Positions 38,670-51,800 of a stretch of 64,000 nt of DNA are shown here, piece after piece. The notes beneath the pieces are model-generated. The model ran no database searches and had not been told where the DNA came from. It saw nothing but the letters and a program-made list of their open reading frames with translations. The translations under genes and the position numbers were made by a program. Numbering within the stretch: the first letter of the stretch is position 1; the number at the start of each line of letters is the position of its first letter. Origin of the DNA: Octopus bimaculoides (lineage: Eukaryota); contig NC_068990.1 in assembly GCF_001194135.2 (NCBI RefSeq), forward strand, positions 31,790,329 through 31,854,328. The letters run 5' to 3'.

Positions 38670-40500
38670 AGCAGCAGCACAAGATCAAGTAACAATTTAC
38701 TTCCACAAGAGCAGAAGGGATGCAGGAAACAAAGTAGGGTAACAAGACTTATTAGTTACTAAAATGATAATTAGGAATTGTAGATGCAGATTGATGGGAC
38801 CGAATGTAGCATGGTTAGATTACAAAAAAAGTATATGACATAATACTACATAGTTGGACAAGTAAAGCAATGAACACATTTGGAGTGGCAGGAAATATGG
38901 AGAAAATGGTTGATGAAAGTATGAAACATTGGAATACTGAAGGAAAACAAAGGAATACTGGAGGTAAACACAGACTTGGAAAAGTGAACATTAGACATGG
39001 AATATTTCAAGGTGATCGCATATCTCCATTACTATTTATATTGGCCATGATACCACTCAGTTTGATATTGGAAAAAGTTAAAACAGCTTATGATTTGGGA
39101 AAAGGATATGGTCGGATAAGTCATCTTTTTATGTGAAAAATGAGAAACAGCTTGAAAGTCTTATACTTACCATTCACATTTTCTCAAACGATGTAGGTAT
39201 GGAATTTGGGATCAAAAAGTGTGCTTTGTTGAAAATGAAATGAAGAAAATTTGAAGGAAGCCAGGAAATCGAAATGCCAAATGGGCAAAGAGTGAAAGTG
39301 GTTGAAAAAGGACAGTGGTATAAGTATTTGGAGATATTGGAAACAGATGAAATAAAACATGAAGAAATCATACAAATTATCAGTAGAGTGTATACAAGGA
39401 GAGTGAGAAAATTATTGCAGGCAGCTAAATTCAAAAAAATGTTATTGAAGCAATAAATGCAAAAGCAGGAGTCCTAATCAAATGTGGAGTTGGAATTGTA
39501 GACTGGACCAAAAGCAATGTACAGAAACTTTACAGAAAAAGTAGGAAGCTGTGGACAATGTATGGAGCCCTCCATCCAAAAGCTGATATCAAACAGCTGT
39601 ACCTGAAGAGAGACCAGTGTGGAAGAGGTTTAATTACCTACCAGAATATTTACAGAACAGCCCAGAGAAATTACTAAAGATAGTGAATAAGGAACACGTA
39701 ATCAATTGTGGAATAGGAGAAAAAGACAAGAATAAAATTCAGAGTGCATGTTAGAGATAAGTGAAAGCTCTGCACGGTCAATTTTGGAGTGCCACTGCAG
39801 ATGCATGTGAAACAAAATCCTGGCTTCATTAAAAAAGGGGCAGTTAAAAAAAAGAAACAGAGAGCCTAGCTGTAGCAGTCCAGGATCATGTGATAAAAAC
39901 AAATAATTTGAGGGAAAGTGTATATGGGGAGAATGTGTCAGAAAAATGTAGAGTCTGTGGAACTTGGAATGAGATAGTGACACACATTGTTGCAGAATGT
40001 CCCAAGATGACACAGGAAGAATATAAGAAATGGAGACATGACCAAGTTTTAAAAGTTTTACTCTGGAAGCTTTGTCAGAAATGGGGATTTGATGCTGGAG
40101 ACACATGGTATGAACATTGGGTCAAAAGAGAATTGTAAGATTTTGTGGGACTTTCCTATTCAAACAGACAAGGAGCTAGAAAATAATGGACCAGACATAA
40201 TAATAATAGACAAAGAAAACCAAAGTTGCTTACTAATTGAGTCATCCAGGATCATAAAGAAAGAAGATGAAAAATAAAAAAATACAATACCTTACAATTT
40301 GAAATTGCAAGAATTAGGAATATGAAAACTGTAAAGGTTGCGCCTATAGTAATTGGTGCATGGGAACTGTAAGCAAAGATATAGACAAATGGTTGAAGGA
40401 GATTGGAATAAAATGTCCTGTAGAGCTTCTAGAGAAAGTTTTCCTCTTAGGGAAAGAAAGATTATCAGGAAGATCTTAAGCATTTGAAAGACTATTGAAA
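38670..40500 (+). mobile_element. Degenerate RLE-type (R4-clade-like) LINE: RT, CCHC knuckle and endonuclease
   Basis: GIFQGDRISPLLFILAMIPLS; FSNDVGMEFGIKKCA; KCRVCG..NEIVTHIVAECP...RHDQV; KILWDFPIQTDKELENNGPDIIIIDKE, with many frameshifts. Confidence 0.88.
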
Positions 40501-40506
40501 GCTTGT

Positions 40507-40508
<2 letters not shown>

Positions 40509-40585
<77 letters not shown>
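40509..40585. repeat. (TA)n microsatellite
   Basis: Uninterrupted TA run; many similar runs adjoin N gaps throughout the window. Confidence 0.95.
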
Positions 40586-40591
<6 letters not shown>

Positions 40592-40888
40592 TCAACTTAC
40601 ATTGAAAGTCAACAAAGTTTGCTTTAGAAGCATTGAGATGTATTGAAAGATACAGGTAAGGAAATAAATTTTATTCTCAAACGCAGGATAATGCTAATAA
40701 TATAGCATGAATAGGATAAACTATCCAGGTTTTGCAGAAAGTTTGTCAGCAGTCAGATTTTTTTCTGTAAAACATGGATAGTTTATCCAGTTCATGCTAT
40801 ATTATTAGCATTATCCTGCGTTTGAGAATAAAATTATTTCCTAATCTGTATCTTATACACACACACACACATACACACACACACACAT

Positions 40889-40926
<38 letters not shown>

Positions 40927-42010
40927 TTAGTATTGGATTTATATTTTAGCTTTTTGCCCCTCATGTTTTGTAACAGCCCTCTGTATAACATGTTTTCTCA
41001 CTGCCAATATAGAAGATATTATTTATTGCTTTTTTTATTTTATATTATGAACTTTGTTTCATTTTTTTCTATGAACTACACTAACAAGATAAAATCTCTG
41101 TAATCAGTACAGACTTTGAAATCTGATGCAAGTAGTAGTAACTAGAGGGATAGGGAGAGGGGGTAGAAGTAGGTGATTGGAAGAGGAGGAGTGGGCTTAG
41201 ACATAAGATAGAAGAATGGATTAAATCAGATTAGCACAATTATTATAATGATAATGACAATAACAGCGTTAAAGGTGTTGTTGTCATTGTTGCTGTTACT
41301 TGTTATGGTGGTGGTGGTTTTGGCAATGGTGGTGGCGGCGGCGGTGGTGGTTGGGGTGGCAGTGGTGGTCTTGATGGTGGTGATGATGACCTGAAACCCT
41401 CACCCTATTCACCTCAGATTAAAAACAGTAAAGTAGCCAGAAAAGTGTAGTAGGGTTTAAAACAGAAGAAGAGGAAATATTAAAGCAGCTATTCTTGTTC
41501 TCTTGCATCCGAGTTTATCCATCTACTACTACTACTACTACTACTAATGCTACTGCTGTTGCTGCTGCTGCTGCTGTAACTTGTTCTTGTTTTTTTTTCT
41601 CTATCTGTTCTTTACACTATCATGTCTGTCTCTTCATACAGGACCTCCCAAAGTACTTTTCTACATGCACACACACACACAAGCGCGCGCGTGCGCGCGT
41701 GTGTGTATGCATGTAAATAATCATCAAAGTTCCTTCACAAGCCATAAGCTCTAAAGTCCCTTCCCCAGATTCTGTAGCATATGCATTCTATCCCTAGATG
41801 GGATGCTAGTCCACTGCAGAATTACTCAGTTTTGCCAGTTGAGTGGACTGGAGCAATGTGAAATGAAGTGTTTTGTTCAAGAACACACTGCAGCACCCAG
41901 TCCAGGAATTGAAACCACAATCTTAGGATCATGACTGCAATGCCCTAACTACATGCCTCCATAAATAAATAGATTATTATATATATATATATATATATNN
42001 NNNNNNNNNN

Positions 42011-42049
<39 letters not shown>

Positions 42050-42549
42050 TTACATTCAGATATATATGAAGACTATGCTGGTATGGTCACATGATGCATA
42101 TGGATGAGGACAGCAGTATAAATAGCTTTTTGTTTTACTGTTGTTTGCAAGCAAGATCCTACTTCAAAATACAAATGCTCTAATAAGATCCATGCCTTTT
42201 GTAAAGCAGGTATCAAGGTTATTACAAACATATATAGAAGACTCTTGCATCTGTGTACTGTTAATTTTTCTCCAGCTTATACTTGCTATGAAAACAGCAA
42301 ATGTTTTGGTGCAGCTATAGTTCATCTTAATTTTTTTTCTATTAGATAACTTTCTGTGTTTATATTCCATGGGGAAATAAGGATTTATAAGATTTATAAA
42401 AATCTTAGCAATGCTGGATCAAACTACTATACTATATGGTTTTTATTTTCACTAACAATGTTCTTCCCATCACAGTCAAAGAACTTGCATCTGTACTACT
42501 CAAACTTCTTAATCTCACACTCTCTATAACGCTATACCATGACATTTGG

Positions 42550-43200
42550 AAGCATGTTTTAATGTGTCTTATTCCATACAAAGGCAACACCACTGACATT
42601 ATTGACAATATTGTCCTATTTCTCTTAATTCTGATATCTTTAAGGTAATGAAAACAGTCATTAACAATGACTTTTGCCAACATCTTGAATCTCTCCTTTC
42701 TCTTCTCAGGGACTACCAGTAATATTTCCACAAAGCCTATCTGTTTATATTCAGTGGAGGTTTATCTGTTTATATCACTTACTCATGGGCTTTTAGTTGA
42801 GGTGAAAACAATGTTATTGTACCAAGTATCAGTAAATCCTTCAACCATATCTAGAAAGCAGATCTCCTATCAAAGCTTCCCATATACAGGCTCCACCTAT
42901 CAGATTACACCATCATGGTATACATTGACAGAGCTTTTGCTGACACTCTCTGAATTAATTTTGGTGTACACATAGGTACTGTTTTGAGCTCTACTCACTT
43001 CCTTTTATATATCAATGACCTAGTTATGGCCACATTCAACAATGCCCACTCTTATGCAAATGATGCAACCATACAACCACACATCACCCACATACAGCCC
43101 TGACACCTCATGCCAAACTTGCATTGATTCCATGAACAGAGATCTTTTGAGCATCCTTGACGGGTGGGGAGAGGACTATGCCAATCCAATCTCATTTAAG
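42550..43200 (+). mobile_element. Highly degenerate CR1/L2/Jockey-like RT fragment
   Basis: GVHIGTVLSSTHFLLYINDL...SYANDATI, equivalent to GVPQGSVLSP.LFLLYINDL...YADD. Confidence 0.65.
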
Positions 43201-43329
43201 AAGGAAATAAAACACTATTCAAATGAGGAAAATACAACAACACACGCCTGACAATGACAGGATACTCTGCTAGTGTATATATATATGTGTAGATGTGTGT
43301 GTGTGTGTGTGTGTGTGGAGCAACTCAAA

Positions 43330-43560
43330 ACAACACTGAAGGCCACTGGACTTGAGCCTAAATTGTTTAAAACACAAGCCTGAGACCATACCAAGTGACA
43401 GTGTTCCATCACCATTGGAACCAAAACTTTGCAGCCACCAAAAGAGAAAAGGAAGAAATCGACAGGAGGGAAAGGCTCGGCAAAATCAACCCCATCCTCC
43501 ATCAACTCTTCTGTGCAAGAATTGGCCTACAGAGTCATTGACAACATCACCATAAAGGAA
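43330..43560 (+). mobile_element. RTE (BovB-like) LINE 3' end remnant
   Basis: Ends with CARIGLQSH, the terminal zinc-finger-like motif of RTE ORFs. Confidence 0.55.
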
Positions 43561-43669
43561 GCATTCAGTAAAGAAGAAAATACTTGGACACGAGATAAAG
43601 CAGACAACAGTGTGTGTGTGTGGTAATTGTCAGTTCTTTACAAGTGAAGACCATCTCTTCAATTAATAG

Positions 43670-44440
43670 CGCCATAATGATTTCTCATATGACTAGCAAG
43701 TATGGCTTTGGCCAATCAGACTCTTTTGCGGATGATACAGACATTTTCTGGCTGAGAGTGTCTAGGATTGAGGTCAAGTCCTGATCACAAAGTGCTCGTT
43801 TGGAGATTTGAAGAGCATTTGATTTTTCATGTTTTAAATACTTTACAACCATTGTAGATCATTTCTTTCCAAACCAATCAATTTCCTGCCATCTGTCACT
43901 ATTTTTCTCAACATCCTCAGTAAGAGCCTCAAGGTTGTTTTTGACAACATCCCTAAAGTATCTCCTAGGTTTATGCCTGGGACGTTTACAACATTGCAAC
44001 TGCCTGTAAAACAACTGCCCGAGTAACCTGTCATCCCTCATCCCAGTAAGATTCCCATCCTAATGCATCTAATTATATGAAGAGCATCTCAATACTGGAT
44101 GAGTTGACTTGCTGAAGAACATTGTCTGGTGTTAGAGATTGGTATTTGATGTTTAAGATCTTCCTAAGGCAAGTTTGATGGAATCTTCCCAAGGTTTTGT
44201 TGTGACAATGATATATAAGTCCCAGTTTCAGAAGAGAATAAAAGAGTAGTTAAGACACACGATTCATAGATGCTGAGCTTGGTTTTTGATGATGGTGCTT
44301 CTCAGACCACACATGGTTTTTAAGCTTGCAGAAGGCATTGCTGGATTTTTTGATCCTCAGATTTATTTCAGGATCAAGTGATCCATGTCTAGAGAAAGTG
44401 CTGCTGACGTAGATAAAAGAGCCAATCACATCCAAACTTG
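43670..44440 (-). mobile_element. RTE (BovB-like) LINE fragment
   Basis: DVIGSFIYVSSTFSRHGSLDPEINLRIKKSSNAF.KL; DDRLLGQLFYRQL...RPRHKPRRYFRDVVKNNL; C-terminal LAKAILASHMRNH. Confidence 0.75.
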
Positions 44441-45547
44441 AATCTTGACCTAGTAGTGAAGAGAAATGACCTTTATCTTCTTCTGACTGATGTTAAGTCC
44501 AAAAGCAGTGCATGCTCTAGAGAAGAGATCCATTGTGTGTGTGTGTGTGTGTTTGAACACGTATGTGTGTGTACACACACTTCTGCACACTCTTCCCTTT
44601 TCAAATTCCATTCAACGGTTATTGGTCAACACAAAATAGTTAAGGACACTTGTACACAATGTCATAAAGTGAGACTGAACGCATGATAGTATGTATTTGA
44701 AATGAACTTCTGGACCACAGTTATGCCTGTACGCCAAGCATACAACAAGGCCTGATTTCACACATGCACACAGACACACACACACACACATCATTTCCTT
44801 TGCATTATTCATCCACTTTGTCTTGTCTCTCTCTCTCTCTCCCCCTCTCCCTCTCTCTCGTCTTCAACTACAACCATCTATTTCATGACCAATGCATTTC
44901 CTTCTCACTTATTCCCCGGTCCTTCAGATTTCTATCTGATGTGAAGTAGTTATGTAAGTGGCTAGTTTCAAGCCCAAATTTTCTTGAAATCTAACCTCAA
45001 AAATACATACATCCGACATACAAGCAAGTATAAATACTTAAATATATGTGCGTATTTATGTTTTCTATTTCCTTTTTTTCTTTTATTTTCCATTTTTTCA
45101 TATAATTATTTCAAGTGCTAAAATGATGGTGCCTACAAAAATAAGATAAATTGCATTCAATGGAAAACATGAACGTTGAGTAGAAAGAAGATAATATTCT
45201 GCAAAACATTTTTTATAACAATCATAATGTTTCTTATATTAGCTACAAGGCCAATGAAAATCATTACTAAGTAACAAATAGATAGACAAAGACAATGGGA
45301 AAATAACCAAATAAAAAAAAACCTAACCAGCAACAACTACTGAGGCTCAAACTGTACTAAATACATAAATGTAAAACATAAAATGCATAAATATTATATG
45401 CACCAATTTATAGGCATATAACTTTTGTATATGTATATATGTATACATAAGTATGAATGTGTATGTGAAGTGTAGACATACATCTATAAACCTACATATA
45501 CACATATACTGCATATATATATATATGTGTATGTATGTATGTATGTA

Positions 45548-45585
<38 letters not shown>

Positions 45586-45645
45586 NNNNNNNNNNNNNNN
45601 NNNNNNNNNNNNNNNNNNNNNNNNNNNNNNNNNNNNNNNNNNNNN

Positions 45646-45679
<34 letters not shown>

Positions 45680-46821
45680 TACATATATGTATGGTGTGTG
45701 TGGGGGTGTATTTGTGTGTATACATATGAATGTGTGTGTGCGTGTGTGTGTGTGTCGATCTATATTTTATTAACTACATCATTAAAATCAATATTATGGT
45801 TTGACGCCAGTATCTAGTTAAAGTCAGCTCCGGTGGGATTTGAACTCAATGAAGAGTAATAGTGAACACTGTAAATATTGATTACTTTCAGTTGCACATG
45901 ATTAAATGTATGTCGGATAATTGGAAGCTTCATTGCATTGACCCCTCAGTATATATCTAGTACTGGTTCTATTAATTTTAAATTTCTTAAATTCTTATTT
46001 TATTAAACATTCTTGATACCACCCTGCTCAAAACTGCCTCTGGTCTTAGAATACAGTGTCATCTGTTTTAAAATGTTTATATTTATATGTACTGTATTAA
46101 TTTTATATAAAAACATTTTGTTAAGTTATGTAATAAGTATATTAATATTGGAGAAGTTAATTATTTTATGAAATCACCTCCAACTATATGATTATTTTTT
46201 ATACTTAATTATAAATGTAGAAGCATCCAGTGCACATGGTAAAGTGATTGACATTGGGATGAGCATCCAACTCTAGAAACCATGGCAAAGCAGACACTGG
46301 AGCACGATGCAGTCCTTCAACTCACAGGATCCTTGTCAAACCGTCCAACCCATGCAAGCATGATGACATCAGCATTAAATGATGATGATGATGACGATGA
46401 CAACAAAGACGTTGAACAGTTGTGGCTATAGGCACAGGATGGCTGAGGGGTAAAATGTTTCCATCACATGGCTCTGGGTTCAGTCCCATTGCATTGTACC
46501 TTTGGCAAGTATCTTTTACTATACCTCTGGACGGACCAACCAAAGCCTTGTGAGTGGATTTAGTAGATGGAGACCAAAAGAAACTTATCATACATGTGTG
46601 TGTGTATTACTATTTCCTTGCCTTGACATCACATGATAGTTGTGACCAAGTGTCACCATGGTGCAAGGAGTATCCTTCACTAACAAATTCCTGTGAAAAC
46701 ATATCTGACTGTGGGGAAACATTACTTTATTTGGAAATAAGTGAGGCTTGGTGACAGGAAGGGCATCCAACTGTAGAAAATCCACTTCAACAAATTCTGT
46801 GTGACCTATGCAAGCATAGAA

Positions 46822-47050
46822 AATGATGAAGATGATGATGATGCTAATGATGATGATGATGCTAATGATGATGCTGACAATGACAATGACAATGTTGATG
46901 CTAATGATGTTGATGATGACGACAATGATGATGATACTAAGGATGATGACAATGATGACGACGATGACGATGATGCTAATGATGATGATGACGACGATGA
47001 CGACAATAATGATGATGATGATGATGATGATGATGACGACAATGATGATA
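46822..47050 (+). repeat. Expanded (GAT/GAC/AAT)n tail of a family B element
   Basis: Directly continues the family B 3' end (GCAAGCATAGAAAA-TGATGA...). Confidence 0.85.
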
Positions 47051-47179
47051 CTGTTCTATAATTGCACACAGGCATATAATGTAATGGTTAAGAGTGTGGG
47101 CTACTAAACCTAAGATTGCAAGTTCAATTCCAGGCAGTACCTTGAATAAATAATAATAATAATAATAATAATAATAGTA

Positions 47180-47342
47180 GTAGTAACATCAACAAAAATA
47201 TACCTTAGGAATGAGAACCCAGGGTTGGGTTCAAAATTTTACCAGGACACCTGATGAAGGCTGGAGAGTAAATCAGCCGAAATATTGTGGTAACAACAAA
47301 CAAGATTAGGATATATATCCATCTAATGTAAATAATGTAAAC
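47180..47342 (+). mobile_element. Penelope-like terminal repeat (family P1)
   Basis: Homologous to 19590-19752; follows (AAT)n(TAG)n. Confidence 0.7.
47246..47291 (+). ncRNA. Minimal type I hammerhead ribozyme motif (family P1)
   Basis: GACAC-CTGATGA-A-GGCTG-gagagtaaat-CAGCC-GAAA-T-A-TT-GTGGT. Perfect 5-bp stem II, loopless palindromic stem III (ATAT), stem I 4/5 paired. Confidence 0.65.
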
Positions 47343-47862
47343 GATGATGATGAAGTTAATGACAATGATAACGATGATGATGAAGACAACGATGATGATG
47401 CTGATGACAATGATGACGAAGACGATGATGACAAAGACGACGATGACAAAGACGACGATGACAAAGACGACGATGACAAAGACGATGATGACGATGACAA
47501 AGATGACGATGACGATGACAAAGACGACAATGATGATGACAATGACAAAGACAACGATGATGATGATGACGATGACAAAGACGACGATGACGAAGACGAT
47601 GATGACAATGACGAAGACGATGATGACGATGATGAAGATGATGATGATGATGACAAAGACGACGATGACAAAGACGACAATGACAAAGACAACGATGACG
47701 ATGACAAAGACGACGATGACAAAGACGACGATGACAAAGACGACGATGACAAAGACGACGATGACAAAGATGACGATGACGAAAATGATGATGCTAGTGA
47801 CAATGATGACGATGATGACAACAATGCTGCCACTCATGCTGCCGATGACAACAATGCCGACA
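47342..47862 (+). repeat. Compound GAY-rich repeat with higher-order 15-bp unit GACAAAGACGACGAT
   Basis: Tandem 15-mers embedded in (GAT/GAC)n; the source of the poly-D/K, poly-M/T, poly-S and poly-V/I ORFs. Confidence 0.9.
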
Positions 47863-49729
47863 ACTTGCACATTTTTTCAGAAATATAGTTCCAGAAGGGT
47901 TCATAGATTTCTAATGGGATCACAATGCCACAAATTCAGAAGAGGGCATAGTCTTGTCAATCAATTAAAACAACTTTCATTCTTGCTTTGAAACAAACAG
48001 CTCAGGAAGGATGGAAAGTAAGTAAGTAATACAAGGTATTTTTTTACAAGGCTCTGCAGATTCTGACAGTCACATGTGTGTCGTTTAATGAATATTGTAA
48101 ATATTACTGATTGTGATGGGGGGGGGGGAGAAATAAGAGAAGAAGAGGACTAATTTTTTTTAGGGACAAAAACCTGAGGCTAAAAGCCATAGCAATGACA
48201 GCAACAACAACAACAACAGTACTGTCAACAAACTGCATTTTTTGTGTCAATAATAACATCTAGCATGGAAGTTAGTGGTAACGGCAACATCAGTAGCAAC
48301 AACAACAACAACAACAACAACAAAAACAGCATCAACAACGACGGCAACAACATCAACAGGAGCAACCGCAGCAATATCAGTCATAATATAAGACACCTTA
48401 GTAATACCAGTGACAACAATAACAGCAAATAATATACAACGCAACAGTATCAACCATCATCATCATTGTTATCAGCAGCAGCAGCAGCACCACCACCACC
48501 ACCACCAACGACAACAACAACAAACATTAAGAACAATAAACTATAGCAATCATTAGCAGCAGCAACTAGCAACAACAACAACAACAACAATAACAGCAGC
48601 AACAAGAAGATTAGTGGAAAAAATTTTTTTTTAAATATAGAAGTACAAACGATATATTAAAACAAAGCAAGAAATGACACACATGTACATGCACACATGC
48701 AAATACACACACACACACATACATACACACACACACACACACACTCACACGCACATATAAATACACTGTCACGCACATGTGCCACCAACTAAAAAATTTC
48801 ATCAATCCAACAGCTTACTCTTAATACTACAAATAATATTAAATAGTGTCAGCTTGAATAGGCTCTGAATACTCATGGAGTAAAATACTTGATTATGAAG
48901 AGGGTTACTTTGTTGCCAGATAAATTTGTACATGACTGGTAGAAGAGACCTGGCTATCAAAACCTCTCACTCACTTTCTCTCCCTATCTCTCCTTATCTC
49001 TCTCTCTACCTCTCACTCATTCACTCACCCAGTAGATAATGAAATGGTCAGATACCAGCTTGAAACAACAGGTAGGTTCATTGAGGAGCACCTCTACTTT
49101 CCTTATTTGTTTTTCCCTTCTATATACCACTTCTTTCAGTTTTCTTTCCTCAACAATTATTTTCATTTGTTTCCTTTTTTGTTTCCTATTTTTTTCCCCC
49201 AATTCTTTCAAAATTTTTTATTATCTTTCTTTCTTTTTTTCTTATTTCATGCAACTTTTTTCACTTCCCATTATCAATACTACTACCATCATTACCACCA
49301 CCACCACCACCAAACACCACTAACACCACCACCACTACCAATACCACCGCCACCACCATCATCTTCATTGGGTCTTGACCACTTTAATAATCAGAAATCT
49401 TTTTGAACGATAGATTATCCTTACTGACTAGAGGGGAGGAGATCGAAAGTTGTTTACGTAGCTTATATACAGTTCCCCAAATGGTCGGAATGACGACAAG
49501 TGGGAATCAAACATGAAGCAACAGACTAGCTTATTATCTACACCAGGCCCCTCATAACTACCACCATTTGTGCTATTCATACAACAGCTGGTTATAAACC
49601 GCTCACCACAGGTTCAAGTCCTTTCCTTCACACCTCATCTTACAACACTAGCATATTAAGAGACTAGCAGAGATTGCACCATGAACGCTCTGTAAATTAG
49701 GGGTTTACTCTAAAATTTTAATGTACATA

Positions 49730-50100
49730 GGCACAGGTATGGCTGTGTGGTAAGAAGCTTGTTTCTTAACCACATGGCACCTTGGGCAAGTGTCTTCTAC
49801 TATAGCCTCAGGCTGATCAAAGCCTTGAGTGGATTTGATAGACGGAAACTGAAAGAAGCCCGTCATGTGTGTGTATGTGTCTTTGTGTCTGCATTTGTTC
49901 CCCCATTACCACTTGACAACTGGTGTTGATGTGTTTATGTTCCGGTAACTTAGTGATTTGGTAAAAAGAGACCAATCGAATAAGTACTAGACTTTAAAAA
50001 ATTAATAAGTCCTGGGGTCAATTTGTTTGACTAAAACCCTTCAAGGTGGCACTCCAGCATGGCCGCAGTGAAATGCCTGAAACAAGTAAGAGAATAACGG
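49730..50100 (+). mobile_element. tRNA-derived SINE family A
   Basis: Homologous to 62677-63083. Confidence 0.8.
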
Positions 50101-50955
50101 AATACCATGACACATGCCAAGCCATACTTAAAACACACCAATAATCCTTCCTCATTCACACATACACACACATGCACAAATATTGTGAAATAAGCTGTTA
50201 TACTGTAAAGTACCCAATCATATAACAAAAGTTATAGGGACCCAAGGACCTAATTCTTTGCGCCATTGCCTTAATCACTGAAGCTCATTCATCTACAAAC
50301 CAGTCAACACCTGCCTACCCTATCAAATGAAAAGCAATATTTATATGTATAAATATATACATCTACTTTTCTCCTCCCCTCTTTCTCTCCCTTTCTCTCT
50401 CAATTTTCTTCTTTTATTTTTTTTACTCTCGATCACCCTATTTATCACCATTTATCTGTTTACCTTTAGACAGAACAACAAAAATACAAATCAGTTNNNN
50501 NNNNNNNNNNNNNNNNNNNNNNNNNNNNNNNNNNNNNNNNNNNNNNNNNNNNNNNNNNNNNNNNNNNNNNNNNNNNNNNNNNNNNNNNNNNNNNNNNNNN
50601 NNNNNNNNNNNNNNNNNNNNNNNNNNNNNNNNNNNNNNNNNNNNNNNNNNNNNNNNNNNNNNNNNNNNNNNNNNNNNNNNNNNNNNNNNNNNNNNNNNNN
50701 NNNNNNNNNNNNNNNNNNNNNNNNNNNNNNNNNNNNNNNNNNNNNNNNNNNNNNNNNNNNNNNNNNNNNNNNNNNNNNNNNNNNNNNNNNNNNNNNNNNN
50801 NNNNNNNNNNNNNNNNNNNNNNNNNNNNNNNNNNNNNNNNNNNNNNNNNNNNNNNNNNNAAGAAATTATTCTTAAATATACATAAATAAACACACACACA
50901 CACACACACAGAGACAAACATAGGCACACAGAAACATAAATATACAGAGAGAGTT

Positions 50956-50993
<38 letters not shown>

Positions 50994-51047
50994 TCTATAT
51001 CGACACACACATAAAGATACATTTATGTTTCTCTCTCAAAACCAAAC

Positions 51048-51130
51048 ATGGAAGTAAAACTTATCATGATATATTTTGGATTAATTTATCTGGGAGTTCT
51101 GCTGCCAAAAACCTTGTCAGAAGGAAAACA
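51048..51130 (+). CDS. Candidate first coding exon of an unidentified secreted or membrane protein (MEVKLIMIYFGLIYLGVLLPKPCQKEN)
   Basis: aaacATGG start context, signal-peptide-like hydrophobic run, perfect donor CAG|GTAAGT at 51130/51131, in a unique island between repeats. No downstream exon identified. Confidence 0.4.
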
Positions 51131-51381
51131 GGTAAGTAATATTTTCATATTAATTTCTTTTAACATTACAATTTGTTGAAACATCACCTTGTGTTGTGTG
51201 GTATATTGTAGATCTGTACGATTTAGTGTGGTGCAGAGCTGTATAGTTTAGTTGTACTCTCTATGTTAATGTAGTGGTCATGAATCAAATGAAGGGAATT
51301 TTGTTTGTTTCACTATATGAAATGCATAGGCACACATATATATTATATTTGTATATAATATATTATATATATATAATATAT

Positions 51382-51768
51382 GGAGGCACAATGGCCCAGT
51401 GGTCAGGGCAGCAGACTTGCGGTCATAGGATCGCAGTTTCGAATCCCAGACCGGGCATTGTGAGTGTTTATTGAGCAAAAACACCTAAAGCTCCACGAGG
51501 CTCCGGCAGTGGGTGGTGGTAAACCCTGCTGTACTCTTTCACCACAACTTTCTCTCACTTTTACTTCCTGTTTCTGTTGTGCCTGTAATTCAAAGGGCCA
51601 GCCTTGTCACACTGTGTCACGCTGAATATCCCCGAGAACTACGTTAAGGGTACACGTGTCTGTGGAGTGCTCAGCCACTTGTACATTAATTTGATGAGCA
51701 GGCTGTTCCATTGATCGGATCAACTGGAACCGTCGACGTTGTAAGCAACGGAGTGCCAACAACAACAA
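51382..51768 (+). mobile_element. tRNA-derived SINE family E, full length with (CAA)n tail
   Basis: Head GGAGGCACAATGGCCCAGTGGTCAGGGCAGCAGAC...GTTTCGAATCCC has A-box and B-box; unique body; (CAA)n tail. Confidence 0.8.
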
Positions 51769-51800
51769 TATAATATATATATTAAGGTGCATATAGATAT

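Noticed and set aside
46801-47061. Acidic ORF as the missing acidic tract of the PRKCSH-like protein
   Set aside because: It lies 22 kb beyond the stop codon and is the expanded (GAT)n tail of a retroelement.
47205-47991. Long poly-V/I, poly-S and poly-M/T ORFs
   Set aside because: These are alternative frames of a trinucleotide-based repeat that cannot contain stops, with no flanking protein-like sequence.
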